The notes: generated by a model from the sequence alone, not told the origin. Positions 28,298 through 39,895 are shown, counted from the first letter of the stretch. The stretch is DNA of 64,000 bases from Candidatus Hydrogenedentota bacterium (GCA_963674865.2 CAXXYE010000009.1:576001-640000), one strand, 5' to 3'. Numbers and translations are program-made.

Positions 28298-29635
28298 CTA
28301 CTTCGGAAGGTACTCCTCGAGCATATCCGAGCTGATATCGCCGCGGCGGAAACGATCGCTCGCGACGACACGCGCACAAAGGCCTGCCGTGCTCTTCACG
28401 CCGTCCAGAGCAAACTCCTCAAGAGCACCGACAAGTCGCACAATGGCCTCCTCGCGGTTCCGCCCGCGGGCGATGACCTTGGCGAGAAGGGAATCGTAGT
28501 ACCTTGGGACAGTATACCCCGTGAAAAGATGCGTATCCACCCGAATGCCCGGCCCCCCCGGGATATGGCATGCCTTCACATGGCCCGGCGAAGGCGCGAA
28601 GCCGGCGTCGGGATCTTCGGCATAGACGCGGGCCTCGATAGCGTGGCCCGTGGGCCGGGGCGCGTTGTAGCCGAGAGGCTCTCCTGAGGCGATCCGGATT
28701 TGCTCGCTGACGAGGTCAAGCCCGGTCACCTCCTCAGTCACCGGGTGCTCCACCTGAATGCGCGCGTTGAACTCGATGAAGTAGAACTGGCCATCGCGCG
28801 CAAGGATGAACTCCGCTGTACCGGCGTTGACATAGCCGACGGCACGGGCGGCCTTGACCGCAGCCTTGGCCATTCTTGTTCTCAGAGAGCTGTTGAGGGC
28901 GGTCGAAGGCGACTCCTCAATCAGTTTCTGGTGTCGGCGCTGAATCGTGCATTCCCGCTCGCCAAGACAGACGACCTTGCCGTGGTTGTCTGCAAGGATT
29001 TGGAACTCGATATGGCGTGCATCCTCAACGAATTTCTCGATATATACGCCACTGTCGCCAAACGCCGCCAGCGCTTCCGTCGACGCCATGCTCAGGGCAT
29101 GCTTGAGGGCCACGTCATTGTGGGCGATGCGCATCCCTTTGCCGCCGCCGCCCGCCGAGGCCTTGATGAGAACGGGGAAACCGATCTCTTTTGCCAAGGC
29201 AAGGGCGTCACCCGGATCCTCGATCAAGCCCTCACTGCCAGGCACGGTGGGAACACCGACCTCCCGGACCTTCGTCCGACAGGCGGCTTTGTCGCCGGTG
29301 AGCGCGATCGCCTCCGGCGTAGGCCCAATAAAACCGATGTTACAGTCGCGGCAAATGGTCGCAAACTTGGGATTCTCCGCGAGAAATCCGTATCCCGGGT
29401 GGATGGCCTGGGCGTCGGACACCTCAGCGGCCGCAATGATGCCCGGGATGTTGAGGTAACTCTCGGTAGGACTGGGCGGGCCGATACAGATGCTTTCGTC
29501 GGCCAATGAGGCGTGGAGGCTCTCCTGGTCGGCGGAAGAGTGGATAGCTATCGAGACAATGCCCGCTTCGCGGCAAGCGCGAATGATTCGGACTGCGATT
29601 TCGCCACGATTGGCTATGAGGATGCGCCGGATCAT
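28298..29635 (-). CDS. accC: acetyl-CoA carboxylase biotin carboxylase
   Basis: ILIANRGEIA, HPGYGFLAEN, GGGGKGM, QRRHQK, RIQVEHPVTE. Confidence 0.97.
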   Translation of the reverse strand: MIRRILIANRGEIAVRIIRACREAGIVSIAIHSSADQESLHASLADESICIGPPSPTESYLNIPGIIAAAEVSDAQAIHPGYGFLAENPKFATICRDCNIGFIGPTPEAIALTGDKAACRTKVREVGVPTVPGSEGLIEDPGDALALAKEIGFPVLIKASAGGGGKGMRIAHNDVALKHALSMASTEALAAFGDSGVYIEKFVEDARHIEFQILADNHGKVVCLGERECTIQRRHQKLIEESPSTALNSSLRTRMAKAAVKAARAVGYVNAGTAEFILARDGQFYFIEFNARIQVEHPVTEEVTGLDLVSEQIRIASGEPLGYNAPRPTGHAIEARVYAEDPDAGFAPSPGHVKACHIPGGPGIRVDTHLFTGYTVPRYYDSLLAKVIARGRNREEAIVRLVGALEEFALDGVKSTAGLCARVVASDRFRRGDISSDMLEEYLPK

Positions 29636-29643
29636 TAGATCGC

Positions 29644-30114
29644 CTAACCGACTTCAAGGGGCCGCACGGCGAAGAGCGGCTGCCCGAATTCGACCGGCTC
29701 ACCGTTCTCGACGAGGACACGCTCGATGACCGCCGGGAACTTCGCCGGGACTTCGTTCATCAGCTTCATCGCCTCGACGATGCAAACGGTCTGGTTCTCT
29801 TCGACGGTATCCCCAGGACTAACAAAGGCCGACTCACCGGGCGCCGGGGCCGCGTAGAACGTCCCGACCATCGGCGAGTCGATGGTTTCGAGTTCCTCCT
29901 CCTCCTCGACGGCTTCGGGAGCCGCAGCGACAGGCGGCGGCGCTACAACGGGAATCGGCGGCGCATCCACATGCGTAACCACCGGCGTCGAAACGGAGAC
30001 CTTCGGCCGCGACTTCTTCAGGCGGAGCTTGAGCCCCTCCTCTTCCATTTCGATCTCGGTTAATTCCGACGCCTCGAAAACCTTGATGATTTCGTGGAGT
30101 TTGTCGAGGTCCAC
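29644..30114 (-). CDS. accB: biotin carboxyl carrier protein
   Basis: SPMVGTFY, EAMKLMN, VEFGQPLF. Confidence 0.97.
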   Translation of the reverse strand: MDLDKLHEIIKVFEASELTEIEMEEEGLKLRLKKSRPKVSVSTPVVTHVDAPPIPVVAPPPVAAAPEAVEEEEELETIDSPMVGTFYAAPAPGESAFVSPGDTVEENQTVCIVEAMKLMNEVPAKFPAVIERVLVENGEPVEFGQPLFAVRPLEVG

Positions 30115-30156
30115 TGGGCCAACCCTCCGTACTGGACGCCATGCCCCTTGGTTTGT

Positions 30157-30717
30157 CTAACTGATGCGCTCGATGTACTCGCCAGAACGTGTATCGACTT
30201 TGATCACGTCGCCCTCGTTAAGAAACAGAGGGACCTGGACCACTGCGCCCGTCTCCAGTGTGGCGGGCTTGGTCCCTCCGGACGCGCGATCACCCTGCAC
30301 GGCGGGATCGCTCTTTTCGATCCTGAGTTCAACGAAGATAGGAAGATTAGCGCCGATCACCTTCCCGCTGTAAAAGACGAGCCCCACGTCTTCGTTTTCC
30401 TTGAGCCAACGTGCATCGTCGCCGAGCACGTCGTGCCCGACGGCCGTCTGCTCGTAGGACTCTTTGTGCATGAAATGGAACAGATCGCCGTCGTGATAGA
30501 GGTATTGAAAGGGCTCTACTTCGAGGCGCGCCTCTTCCATCCGCTCGCCCGCCCGAAAGGTCCTGTCAATCACACGGCCATTCAATACATTCTTCAGCCG
30601 TGTACGAACGAAGGCGCCTCCCTTGCCGGGCTTGACGTGCTGAAACTCGACGATCTCGAAGAGAACGTCATCCTGGAGGATAACCATGCCATTGCGAAAA
30701 TCTGCGGTAGAAACCAT
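30157..30717 (-). CDS. efp: elongation factor P
   Basis: HVKPGKGGAF, KPATLETG, VDTRSGEY. Confidence 0.98.
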   Translation of the reverse strand: MVSTADFRNGMVILQDDVLFEIVEFQHVKPGKGGAFVRTRLKNVLNGRVIDRTFRAGERMEEARLEVEPFQYLYHDGDLFHFMHKESYEQTAVGHDVLGDDARWLKENEDVGLVFYSGKVIGANLPIFVELRIEKSDPAVQGDRASGGTKPATLETGAVVQVPLFLNEGDVIKVDTRSGEYIERIS

Positions 30718-30719
30718 GG

Positions 30720-31787
30720 CTACAGAACGTGTAACTCCTTGCTTGAATCAGTCAGGCGGTCGCAACCCTCATCGGTGAGCACGACAAGATCCTCAATCCG
30801 CACGCCGCCCTGCCCGGAAAGGTAGATCCCCGGCTCAATGGTGACAACCATTCCCGCCTCGAGGATCGTATCGGACTCGGAATTCAGCCGGGGCGACTCA
30901 TGTACTTCGATGCCCACGCCATGGCCCAGGCCATGGCCGAATCGCTCCCCATATCCGGACGCCGAGATCACATCCCGCGCCACCGCATCGAGTTCCCGGC
31001 AACGCATCCCCGGCCGGGCCGCTTGAAGCGCGGCCACCTGCGCCCTAAGTGTTATTTCATAGATTTCCTCGAACCAAGTTCCAGGCATCCTACCGAATAC
31101 ATAAGTACGAGTCAAGTCAGAGCAGTAACCGGCCTTACGGCAACCGAGGTCCAAGAGCACAACGTCCCCCGGCGCGAGGACCGCGTCACCCGGCTGCCCA
31201 TGCGGCAGCGATGTACGGGCGCCAAACAGGACGATAGTGTCGAACGCCGCCCCGGCGGCGCCGCGGCGCTTGAATTCATACTCGAACCGCGCCGCCAGCT
31301 CTCGCTCCGTTGTGCCTTCGCGAAGGTCGGCCACGAGGTCGCCGAGAACGGACTCGGCAAGCTCGGACGCCTCGCGTATCAACGCGACTTCCTCGCGGCT
31401 CTTGATGCGCCGCAACGCGGCAGCCATCTCCGGCTCGGGGAGGAATATCCCCCCTGCGGCATCGCTCACCGTAGTCAGGTCGTGCACGGATGTCACGGTG
31501 GGATCGAAAGCCGTCTTGGCAATACCTAGAGAATGCAGCCGCTCTCCCAGGCGCGCCCCCAGATTGCCCTGTATCTCCGCGATTTCCCAACCGCGGACCT
31601 GCTCATGCGCTTGCTCAACGTAGCGAAAATCACAGAAAAACAGCGCCTGTTCAGCGGTTACGATAACGCCTGACGTACTCCCGAGAAATCCCGTCAAATA
31701 CTGGTTGGCCGGCGGCGACAAACTGAAGAAGGCATCGACTCCCGCCCGCTCGATGGCCGCCCGCAAGACATCGAGGCGTTCCCTCAT
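30720..31787 (-). CDS. Xaa-Pro peptidase (M24 family)
   Basis: [36 protein letters not shown]. Confidence 0.95.
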   Translation of the reverse strand: MRERLDVLRAAIERAGVDAFFSLSPPANQYLTGFLGSTSGVIVTAEQALFFCDFRYVEQAHEQVRGWEIAEIQGNLGARLGERLHSLGIAKTAFDPTVTSVHDLTTVSDAAGGIFLPEPEMAAALRRIKSREEVALIREASELAESVLGDLVADLREGTTERELAARFEYEFKRRGAAGAAFDTIVLFGARTSLPHGQPGDAVLAPGDVVLLDLGCRKAGYCSDLTRTYVFGRMPGTWFEEIYEITLRAQVAALQAARPGMRCRELDAVARDVISASGYGERFGHGLGHGVGIEVHESPRLNSESDTILEAGMVVTIEPGIYLSGQGGVRIEDLVVLTDEGCDRLTDSSKELHVL

Positions 31788-32218
31788 CGCGTCAGGAGCC
31801 CCTTGGCGGCGATGAGTGCGAGGCGGTAACTATCCGCCCCGAAGCCCACGATTTGCCCAGCGGATACCGGGGCGGTATAGGAGTGCCTCCGGAATTCCTC
31901 ACGGGCATGTACGTTGGAGAGATGCGCCTCGATGGTCGGAATACCCACGGCCGCAATGGCGTCCCGAAGGGCCACGCTGGTGTGCGTGTAGGCGCCGGGA
32001 TTGATGATGATAGCGTCGGCCCAGCCGGCCGCCCCCTGGACGGCATTGACCAACTCTCCCTCGACGTTGGACTGATACGTCTTCAGGGCAAAGCCAAGCT
32101 CTTTGGCCTGCTCGCCGAGCATGGTGTTGATGTCTTCGAGTGTTGTTTTCCCGTAGACATCGGGCTCGCGCGTGCCGAGAAGATTCAGGTTGGGTCCATG
32201 CAGCACCAGTACATTCAT
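31784..32218 (-). CDS. aroQ: type II 3-dehydroquinate dehydratase
   Basis: [39 protein letters not shown]. Confidence 0.97.
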   Translation of the reverse strand: MNVLVLHGPNLNLLGTREPDVYGKTTLEDINTMLGEQAKELGFALKTYQSNVEGELVNAVQGAAGWADAIIINPGAYTHTSVALRDAIAAVGIPTIEAHLSNVHAREEFRRHSYTAPVSAGQIVGFGADSYRLALIAAKGLLTR

Positions 32219-35073
32219 GATGAGAGTCCCTCCTCGGCACTCAGGCGCTTTCGCACCACTTCTTCGGCTTTTTGGCGCATCTGCCGGGCTTTTCGCCGGA
32301 ATGGCCGCGCATCCACGGGGCGATTGGCGTTCCGGAGCAGCAACGAGCACCTGTCGAGGGCCTCGGAGTACTCGCGCCATGCGCGGTAGGAACCGGCGTT
32401 CGCTTCCGCCGCGCGCTCGTATTGCCCCAGGCACTCATCGAGGGCCGCCATGGCTCTGTGGCGGTATACATCGGCTTCCTCATGGCGGTTGGCCCTTCTC
32501 AGCGCCTGTGCATATTGAATCAGCGCGTTGCTGTATTCGGCCCACACATCCACGCTGATAGGGAACAATTCCGTCGCTTTCTCGAATTCGGCCAAGCCGT
32601 TCGAGTAGTACTCGGCGGCTCGCGGCCCCGCTTCGATGCTTCCCCGGAGGAAGAGGGCCTTGGCGTGCCAGCCCCGGAGCAAAGCCTGCCAGGGGCTGCG
32701 CTCTACGGCGGTTTCAGCCCACTTGAGATGCGCAAGGATGTACGCAGCCCGCTTGTGGGGATCCTCGACGTGCTGCTGCAGAAGCGAGTAGCCGCTCTGG
32801 ATGGTGCTCGCAATTTCGGGGTGGTGCGGGAACAGGGAGTCAATCCCCTTCAGGATCTCGAGCCACCGATCCGTTGCCTCGATCCCACACTGGCGCGCAC
32901 GCTTGGGATCCCTGATGACAAGTACCGTCTGCTCCCGAATGGGCTCGTTTTCGGCAAGGGGACGCGGGGGCTTCGAACGCTCATAGAGTGTGCCGAAACT
33001 CTCGAGGGTTTTCCGATCCGGGATCAGGCTCGCGATCATCACGGCGCGTTCTGCCTTCGGCGCCTTGGGCTTGGCTCCTTGCGGCGCGGTGATCAGAAAC
33101 TGGGCTGCATTGGACTGCGTTCGGATGTATTGCGTGTTGCCCACGTTCATCAGTTGGCGTCCACCAAGGAGGTAGTCCACCGCAAACAGACGCAAGCTTG
33201 CCCCCATAACGAGGGCAATAAGCAGCAGCAGGCCCACGGCCGCCAACTGAGAGCCGTGGCTCCGCTGTGCAGCCGGCTCAGGCCTGGACGCACGAGCCAG
33301 AAACAGGCCGGCCTGAAGCATACACGCGAAACCAAGCGCCGGATTCAAGAAATTGAAGTCCACACAAGCATGCAGAACAAAGGCCAGGACGCCCGTGTAT
33401 AGCCCCGCCAAGAACCAACGTTCCTTCTGGTTCTCCTCGGCAATGATCCTCCGCGCGCCCCACAGGAAAAACCACCCCCAGAAAGCGCAGAAGGTGATGA
33501 ATCCGAAGATTCCCGTTTCACAAAGGGCCTGCAGGAAGTCATTGTGCGCCGCCTGAACCGGCCCGGCGCCGACGTACTGGTATTTGGGATAGGCGGTTCC
33601 GAAGTTTGCCAGTCCCACGCCGGCCCAGAAGTTGTCCAACGCCATGCGGAGTCCGACATCCCAATACGAGAACCGAAGCTTGAGGGAGGCGGGATCCATG
33701 AGATCCCGAATGCCCATATCGCGCCCCGATGCCTCGATGGCCGGTTTCTCGTCCGAAGCGGGGGGCTGCTTGGCGGCGTTCTGGGCCTTTGGCTGCGGCG
33801 CCTGAGCGTCAGCCCAGCTTTCCCTTTGCGCCATCAGTCCGGAAACTAACACGGCCGCAAGCAGGCCGCACATGGCGGCACGAAGACTGGCCCCCGAGAA
33901 CCTTCTTAGAAGCCTCTTGCGAAAGAGCAACATGCCGGCGGCGATCACAAAGGCGCCTCCGAGGCCTAGGGCGCCGCCGCGCGAGTAGGAGAATAGAAGT
34001 GCCAACGGGGCCAGCACAGCCGTCAAGGCAGCAATAACAAGGCCGATAACCAACCAGCAAATGCGCCCGCCCAAACGGTATTTCAACAGCCCCGTGGCCA
34101 CGGCGAGAAACAAAGGCACGGCGCCGACAAGAACGGCGAGCGTCTCCCAGTGGGCGAGTAGCGGCTGGCCCGGAAAGCGAAAGGTAATGACGAGAGAGAC
34201 AAGGAAAAACGAGGCACAGACGATGACCAGCCAGGCAACGGCCCCAATCGCAATGGCCGTCAAGCGCTCTCCCTGCTTCGCGGGCCGCCTTCTCGACTCA
34301 CCTTGGCCCGCCTCCTGAAACGCCGCTTTCAGGAGCATGAACTTCTGGATTACCTCCCCGAAAGCCAAGGGGATGCCCAATATCACGAACGCGGCCAACG
34401 CGTTCGGAAAGAGAAGGGAGCCGAAGGCACGGTTGACCTCGAGCCGGTTCACCAACTCCGGGGTGAGCATGTCCACGTCGAAGTACTGCTGCAAGAGTTC
34501 GGGATGCAGACGAATTTGCTCACGCACAAGGGGAAGCATGAATTGGTAGTGCACCAGACTGTACACCGACTCCACGAGTACCGAGACAATGAACGCGCCC
34601 AAGACGATGTGCTGCGCCACGCGTGTCCGGAGGCCGTTCGTCACAAGCACGAACAGAAAGAAATGGCCCGCCCAGATCAGAAGTGCCCGGTACGTCGCGC
34701 TGAATTGGATGCTCTGCGACGCCATCACAAGAACAACGCCCAGATATGCGCCTAGCAGAAGAATGGGAGTCTTGAAACGGATACGCTGCCCCGTAAACAG
34801 CAGTCTCATGGCCCAAATGCCCACGAGCAGCGCGATCATCCAGACAAAGTAGGTGTTATCCCCTTTGAACGTCACGCCGTCCCGCAAGGGGCGCAGGAGC
34901 ACGACAAGGGCCAGTGCAACGGCGATGAGGATGCCTAAGATATCGCGTGGCGGCCGGGCGGCGCGCGCGCTGCCTTCGCCACGAGCGCTTCTCTCTACTG
35001 ACGGCTGCTTCTCGCTCGCCCGTTCCTTCGGCGTCCCGGATGCGGCGCGGCTCGGTTTGCGTTTTTTGCTCAC
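32215..35073 (-). CDS. O-antigen ligase (Wzy_C)-domain polytopic membrane protein with C-terminal TPR-like repeats
   Basis: [49 protein letters not shown] start overlaps the upstream stop. Confidence 0.85.
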   Translation of the reverse strand: MSKKRKPSRAASGTPKERASEKQPSVERSARGEGSARAARPPRDILGILIAVALALVVLLRPLRDGVTFKGDNTYFVWMIALLVGIWAMRLLFTGQRIRFKTPILLLGAYLGVVLVMASQSIQFSATYRALLIWAGHFFLFVLVTNGLRTRVAQHIVLGAFIVSVLVESVYSLVHYQFMLPLVREQIRLHPELLQQYFDVDMLTPELVNRLEVNRAFGSLLFPNALAAFVILGIPLAFGEVIQKFMLLKAAFQEAGQGESRRRPAKQGERLTAIAIGAVAWLVIVCASFFLVSLVITFRFPGQPLLAHWETLAVLVGAVPLFLAVATGLLKYRLGGRICWLVIGLVIAALTAVLAPLALLFSYSRGGALGLGGAFVIAAGMLLFRKRLLRRFSGASLRAAMCGLLAAVLVSGLMAQRESWADAQAPQPKAQNAAKQPPASDEKPAIEASGRDMGIRDLMDPASLKLRFSYWDVGLRMALDNFWAGVGLANFGTAYPKYQYVGAGPVQAAHNDFLQALCETGIFGFITFCAFWGWFFLWGARRIIAEENQKERWFLAGLYTGVLAFVLHACVDFNFLNPALGFACMLQAGLFLARASRPEPAAQRSHGSQLAAVGLLLLIALVMGASLRLFAVDYLLGGRQLMNVGNTQYIRTQSNAAQFLITAPQGAKPKAPKAERAVMIASLIPDRKTLESFGTLYERSKPPRPLAENEPIREQTVLVIRDPKRARQCGIEATDRWLEILKGIDSLFPHHPEIASTIQSGYSLLQQHVEDPHKRAAYILAHLKWAETAVERSPWQALLRGWHAKALFLRGSIEAGPRAAEYYSNGLAEFEKATELFPISVDVWAEYSNALIQYAQALRRANRHEEADVYRHRAMAALDECLGQYERAAEANAGSYRAWREYSEALDRCSLLLRNANRPVDARPFRRKARQMRQKAEEVVRKRLSAEEGLSS

Positions 35074-36176
35074 GGCTCCCGTTTTTCCCGGCGGTGATTG
35101 CCTGCGTTCATAAGTAGCACTATGAGTGAAAACACGCCCAGTGTTTGGGCCAAGATGATGAGGACGCCCGAACGGCCCACGTGCGGCAATAGCGCCGCGC
35201 CCAGCCCCGTCACGCCGGCGACAAGGAAGATGAACTCCACCGCCTGACGGGGCGACATGCCGAGGTTCACAAGCCGGTGCGAGAAATGCCGCTTGTCTCC
35301 CTTCATGATGGACTCGCCATTCCGCCACCGGATGTACACGACGCTCAACGTATCGAAGATGGGCACGCCCAAAGCCAATAGTGGCGCGGCGATGGCGGCG
35401 CGCGGCGTGCTGCCGTCGCCGCCGGCGTGATAGAACGTGCCGAGCACCGCCACCGTGGCAAGGATGTAACCGGAGAACATCGAACCGGCGTCGCCCATGA
35501 AGATTCGCGCCGGATTCAAATTGTGATAGAGAAAGCCGGCATAGGCCCCGGCGAACACCATGAGCATCACGCGGATAAACGTCTCATCGGACAGACAGAA
35601 GAAGAACGAAAACGCGGCGATTACGGAAACGCCTCCGCACAGCCCGTCCATATTGTCGAGGAAGTTAAGAGAATTTGTCATGAAAACGATCCAGAAAACC
35701 GTGGCGGCGCCCGTCATCCATGGATTGTCGATGAAAACATCAAGCCGGATGCCCGAGAGAACAAGGACCAGCCCCGCGGCCACTTGCCCCACAAGCTTCA
35801 CCTCGGGCTTCAGCGCTTTCAGGTCATCCACAAAGCCGAGAACGAATATGAGCAGGCCGCCCACGGCGATGCCCGTCAACTTCCGAATCACGTGTTCGCC
35901 CAGGAAGTTGTTGACGTGAAGCTGCACCCATTCGATGGTGTCGGCGGGAACCAGCTTCAGCACCGCTAGATTCGCAAAGATGATCAAGTAAAACGTGGAG
36001 CAGATGGCCACGCCGCCCATCAGAGGTATGGGCTCCGCGTGCACCTTGCGCTCGCCGGGCTGATCCAAAACACGCCAGCGGATGGCAGCCTTCCGGACGA
36101 CGGCCGTCAAGACAAGGGAGACGGCAAATGACGCGCCCAGCGCATAGGCGTATATCAGGTACCAGTTCAGCTTCAT
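35070..36176 (-). CDS. WecA/TagO-like undecaprenyl-phosphate GlcNAc-1-phosphate transferase
   Basis: RKVHAEPIPLMGG, GFVDD, NFLDNMDGL, IFMGDAGS, DKRHFSHRL. Confidence 0.93.
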   Translation of the reverse strand: MKLNWYLIYAYALGASFAVSLVLTAVVRKAAIRWRVLDQPGERKVHAEPIPLMGGVAICSTFYLIIFANLAVLKLVPADTIEWVQLHVNNFLGEHVIRKLTGIAVGGLLIFVLGFVDDLKALKPEVKLVGQVAAGLVLVLSGIRLDVFIDNPWMTGAATVFWIVFMTNSLNFLDNMDGLCGGVSVIAAFSFFFCLSDETFIRVMLMVFAGAYAGFLYHNLNPARIFMGDAGSMFSGYILATVAVLGTFYHAGGDGSTPRAAIAAPLLALGVPIFDTLSVVYIRWRNGESIMKGDKRHFSHRLVNLGMSPRQAVEFIFLVAGVTGLGAALLPHVGRSGVLIILAQTLGVFSLIVLLMNAGNHRREKREP

Positions 36177-37270
36177 GCCATCACTTCCTGGTATAGACGG
36201 AACTCCTCACGCGCCACCGCTTCCGCGTGAAACTCCGTCTCAACGCGGCGGCGCGCAAATTCGCCCATCCGCCGCCGTGTGGCTGCGTCGTCCAGCAAGC
36301 CATTCACGGCCGAGGCCAGCGCTTCGGGATCCCGCGGCGGCACGTTCAGTCCCGTCTGCCCATCCAAGTTGACGAACTCGACGCCGGTGCCGAGCTTCGT
36401 CGCCACCACGGCTTTGCCACAGGCGTGCGCCTCGAGCATCGAAATGCCGTAGGCCTCGCTTCGTTCAACCGAGGGGAACACGAAAAGCTCGCAGCCGTGC
36501 AGATGCGCCACAAGATCCTCTTGCGACAGTTCACCGGGAAAGGCCACCGCCACGCCGAGTTCCTCGGCCAATGCCCGGCACTGCTCCCGCTCCGGCCCGT
36601 CGCCCGCGGCCACCACCTGGGCACGGATGCTCTTCGCCGCGCGCACAAGATACTCGACACCCTTGTAGTACCGATGACGGCCGGAAAACAAGACGTAAGG
36701 CCCGCCGTAACGCTCACACAACGCCCTCAGCCGGGACTCTCCCGGGCGCGGAAACTCCTCCGGCAGAATGCCGAGCGGCACAACACGACAGCGCTCACGC
36801 ACCTCGCGCAGTGTGTCCGAGCCCGCCAGATACTGTTCGGATGCAACCAAGATCATATCAGCTTGGCGGAGGAATGTCATCAGAAACGGGCGGTACACCT
36901 TCATGGCCGACGCTTGGCGGACGACATCGCTCTGATATCGCACGATTAAACGCCCCCGCGGGCGGGCCATGAGATACGACAGCTCCGCGGTGGGATTCGG
37001 GCAGTGGATGACGATGACATCGGCCGGGAACTTGCGTATGTACAGGGGAAACGCCGGTGAGACGGGGGCGCTCTGAAACCGGCCCCATTCACCCACTTCC
37101 GTCACCTGCGTGCCGTCCCGCAGCACACTTCGTGTCCTGAGGGCGCGGCTGCAGGTAAGGGCCTGGACCTCCGCCCACTCCCGCTGGAATCGGCACATGA
37201 GGGCCATATGCCGTTCCATGCCGCCACGGATGGGCGGGTCGAAGTCTTTGTAAACGTGTAGAATCTTCAC
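36173..37270 (-). CDS. GT4 glycosyltransferase
   Basis: KILHVYK, RYYKG, SEAYGISMLEA (Ex7E). Confidence 0.92.
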   Translation of the reverse strand: MKILHVYKDFDPPIRGGMERHMALMCRFQREWAEVQALTCSRALRTRSVLRDGTQVTEVGEWGRFQSAPVSPAFPLYIRKFPADVIVIHCPNPTAELSYLMARPRGRLIVRYQSDVVRQASAMKVYRPFLMTFLRQADMILVASEQYLAGSDTLREVRERCRVVPLGILPEEFPRPGESRLRALCERYGGPYVLFSGRHRYYKGVEYLVRAAKSIRAQVVAAGDGPEREQCRALAEELGVAVAFPGELSQEDLVAHLHGCELFVFPSVERSEAYGISMLEAHACGKAVVATKLGTGVEFVNLDGQTGLNVPPRDPEALASAVNGLLDDAATRRRMGEFARRRVETEFHAEAVAREEFRLYQEVMA

Positions 37271-37326
37271 AACAGGCGAGTACCGGCGTCCACTACCCTT
37301 TCGGTCGGTTCTGGAGGGGCATTATA

Positions 37327-38439
37327 TCACCCGCCCAGCACCGCGCGGTATGTGTCGAGCGTCGCTTCGGCCGTGCGCCGCCACGTGTACTGACGCGCCT
37401 GAACCGGCCCCGCCGTAACCAGTCGTTCCCGAAGTCCCGTATTCAAGCCGATCTGAGTCAATCCATCCGCAATGGCGTCGACGTCCCAGGGGTCCACCAG
37501 CAGCGCCGCGTCGCCAACGGCCTCCGGAATGCTCGAGGTGTTGGAGGTCAGGACCGGCACGCCGCACGCCATTGCCTCGAGCGGCGGCAGGCCAAAGCCC
37601 TCCCAAAGGCTGGGCCATACGAATGCATCCGCGCAGGAGATAACCGCGGGCAAGTCTTCGGGCGCCACAAATCCGCAGAAATGTATCCGCTCGGACAATG
37701 CCGACGACGCGGCGGCTTTGCGAATCGGCCCCACTTTCCAGCCGGAGCGCCCAGCAATGACAAGCGATTGAGGACACTCCCCCGCCACGCGCGACCAAGC
37801 GTTGATCAACCGGACCAAATTCTTGCGAGGTTCCAACGTGCCCACATAGAGGAAGAACGCCTCCGGCAGGTGGTATTTCGCCCGCGCGGCGGCCTTCGCC
37901 TCGAGCGGGGCGGCTTGGAAGGCATCATCGACACCCAAAGGGATCACGTCGATGCGGTCCTCGGCAACTCCCAGGAACTCGGTGAGATCCCGCGCGGTGG
38001 CCCGCGAGTCGGCGACTACCCGTTTCGCCTGCCGGACGCTGGCCGCCACGGCGAAGCGATAGTAAGCGGCCCGCCCCAGTCGAAACCACTCCGGATGGCG
38101 GCAGAAACTCAGATCATGAACCGTCAGCACGGGATTGTGGAGGCTGATAAGATTACCGACGCTGGCCGTGTAGTGCACGATGTTTGCCATGAGCCGCGTC
38201 TGCGCCCGGCGTATGCCCATCTGATCCAGGTAGAAGCGCTTGAGCGGATTGCCGGTATCCTGCCGCAAGAACACCATCCGCTGAAGGTCGTCCTCTTGGG
38301 GCAGTGGGAGTTCCTGCGGCCAGAGCACGGCAAAGTCAAAGTCCTCGGTGAGCGCGGGAAGCCGGCGGACCAGTTCCATGGTGTAGCGTCCCGTCCCGCT
38401 AAGGTTCCCCGCTTGAAGGCCATTTATGAGGACGAGCAT
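37327..38439 (-). CDS. GT4 glycosyltransferase (mannosyltransferase-like)
   Basis: GTLEPRKN, EGFGLPPLEAMACG. Confidence 0.93.
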   Translation of the reverse strand: MLVLINGLQAGNLSGTGRYTMELVRRLPALTEDFDFAVLWPQELPLPQEDDLQRMVFLRQDTGNPLKRFYLDQMGIRRAQTRLMANIVHYTASVGNLISLHNPVLTVHDLSFCRHPEWFRLGRAAYYRFAVAASVRQAKRVVADSRATARDLTEFLGVAEDRIDVIPLGVDDAFQAAPLEAKAAARAKYHLPEAFFLYVGTLEPRKNLVRLINAWSRVAGECPQSLVIAGRSGWKVGPIRKAAASSALSERIHFCGFVAPEDLPAVISCADAFVWPSLWEGFGLPPLEAMACGVPVLTSNTSSIPEAVGDAALLVDPWDVDAIADGLTQIGLNTGLRERLVTAGPVQARQYTWRRTAEATLDTYRAVLGG

Positions 38440-39557
38440 TCGGCCAGCCTCCTGTACACATCCCATGTCGCCCGGGCGCAGGCGTCCCACGAGAAGCGCG
38501 TAGCCTGTTCCCGGCCACGGGCTATCAGCGACGCCCGACGGGCTCCGTCTTCGAGTACCTGCATGACGGCCGCGGCCAACGACTCTTCATCGGGCGTATC
38601 TACCAGGATGCCCGCATCACCAACCACCTCCGGTATCGAAGAGTTTCGGGCAGCTATGACTGGGCAGTCACAGGCCATCGCTTCGAGAAGAGGCAGCCCG
38701 AATCCCTCGTACAGACTGGGAAAAACAAAGGCGTCCGCCGCCGAGTAGAAAGCGGGAAGCTCCGAGCGAGAGCGCAAGAATCCCATTTGGGACACTCGCC
38801 CGGCGAGGTCATGCGCCTCGACCGCCTCGAATACTTCTTGCGCTCCCCAGCCCGACGGGCCGATCAGCACGAGACGGTGCGGGATGTGCGGACTGACCTT
38901 GGCAAAGGCGCGGATCAGCGCCGGCACATTCTTGCGAGGGTCAAGCGTTCCTACAAAGAGCAGGAAAGGCCCCCGCAGGCCGTAGCGGCTTTCTAGGAGC
39001 GCCGCCGCCGCGTCGCGCGGGAGTGGGGCAAAGCCCTCGTCCACTCCTGCCGACGTGACTGAGATTCTGGCGGGATCGATGTCGAAACGCCGCACTAGGT
39101 CCGCCTTGGTGGATTCGGCCATGGTGAGGACCGCGTCGGCTTCCCTCACGAAGCGCTCCAAGCCCTGCGCGAAGGAACTGACGACCTTGGGACTGCACAA
39201 GTGCGGCATTGAGACAAAACACAGGTCGTAGACGGAGACTACCCGCCGCGCCGACTCGGTGGGCGGAAGAAAATAGTTGGTAGCGTGATAGACTTCCACG
39301 CCCCGGAGCAACCGATCGACGCGCGGCGCCCCGAAACGCGTCCACATGCCGTACAACCACCGCGCGGGAAGGGGGATACGCCGGTACTTCAAGGTATTCT
39401 TGAGTTCCCCTAAGTCCGGGAGGCGCGCGTTCGGGCAGAGTCCCACAATCTCGTGGCCCGGCGTCGTTTTCAGCAGGTGTTTGAGAAGATGGTAGCAGTA
39501 GGTACCGACACCGGTACGCTTTCCGGCGAGAGGGCCGATGTCGAATCCAATCCTCAT
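38424..39557 (-). CDS. GT4 glycosyltransferase (mannosyltransferase-like)
   Basis: GTLDPRKN, EGFGLPLLEAMAC. Confidence 0.93.
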   Translation of the reverse strand: MRIGFDIGPLAGKRTGVGTYCYHLLKHLLKTTPGHEIVGLCPNARLPDLGELKNTLKYRRIPLPARWLYGMWTRFGAPRVDRLLRGVEVYHATNYFLPPTESARRVVSVYDLCFVSMPHLCSPKVVSSFAQGLERFVREADAVLTMAESTKADLVRRFDIDPARISVTSAGVDEGFAPLPRDAAAALLESRYGLRGPFLLFVGTLDPRKNVPALIRAFAKVSPHIPHRLVLIGPSGWGAQEVFEAVEAHDLAGRVSQMGFLRSRSELPAFYSAADAFVFPSLYEGFGLPLLEAMACDCPVIAARNSSIPEVVGDAGILVDTPDEESLAAAVMQVLEDGARRASLIARGREQATRFSWDACARATWDVYRRLAECSSS

Positions 39558-39895
39558 AGAAGCTCCGGACCACGACGCAAAACGCCCGATAACATGCTGA
39601 ATACTATCAAGTTATGTCAGTTTCGTCAAATGGCCGGCGCGGCCTTTGAGTATCGCCGAAGACAGAGACGCAGAGCCCTCTGCGGCCTGACTACAACGCC
39701 TGGAAGACCGTACATGCCGGCCCTCCTTCTGGCGCCTGAAGCCGTCCAGAGCCCCCCATTATCCAGGAACCTGCAAAACGAGGCAGCACGAACACCCCTT
39801 AACGCCAGCAGCCGGCGGCGGCAAAACGACCTAAGATATTATATGGTAATATGTTACAAGGAACTCGTCGCCCATCAAACGGGTTAGTCGCGCTC

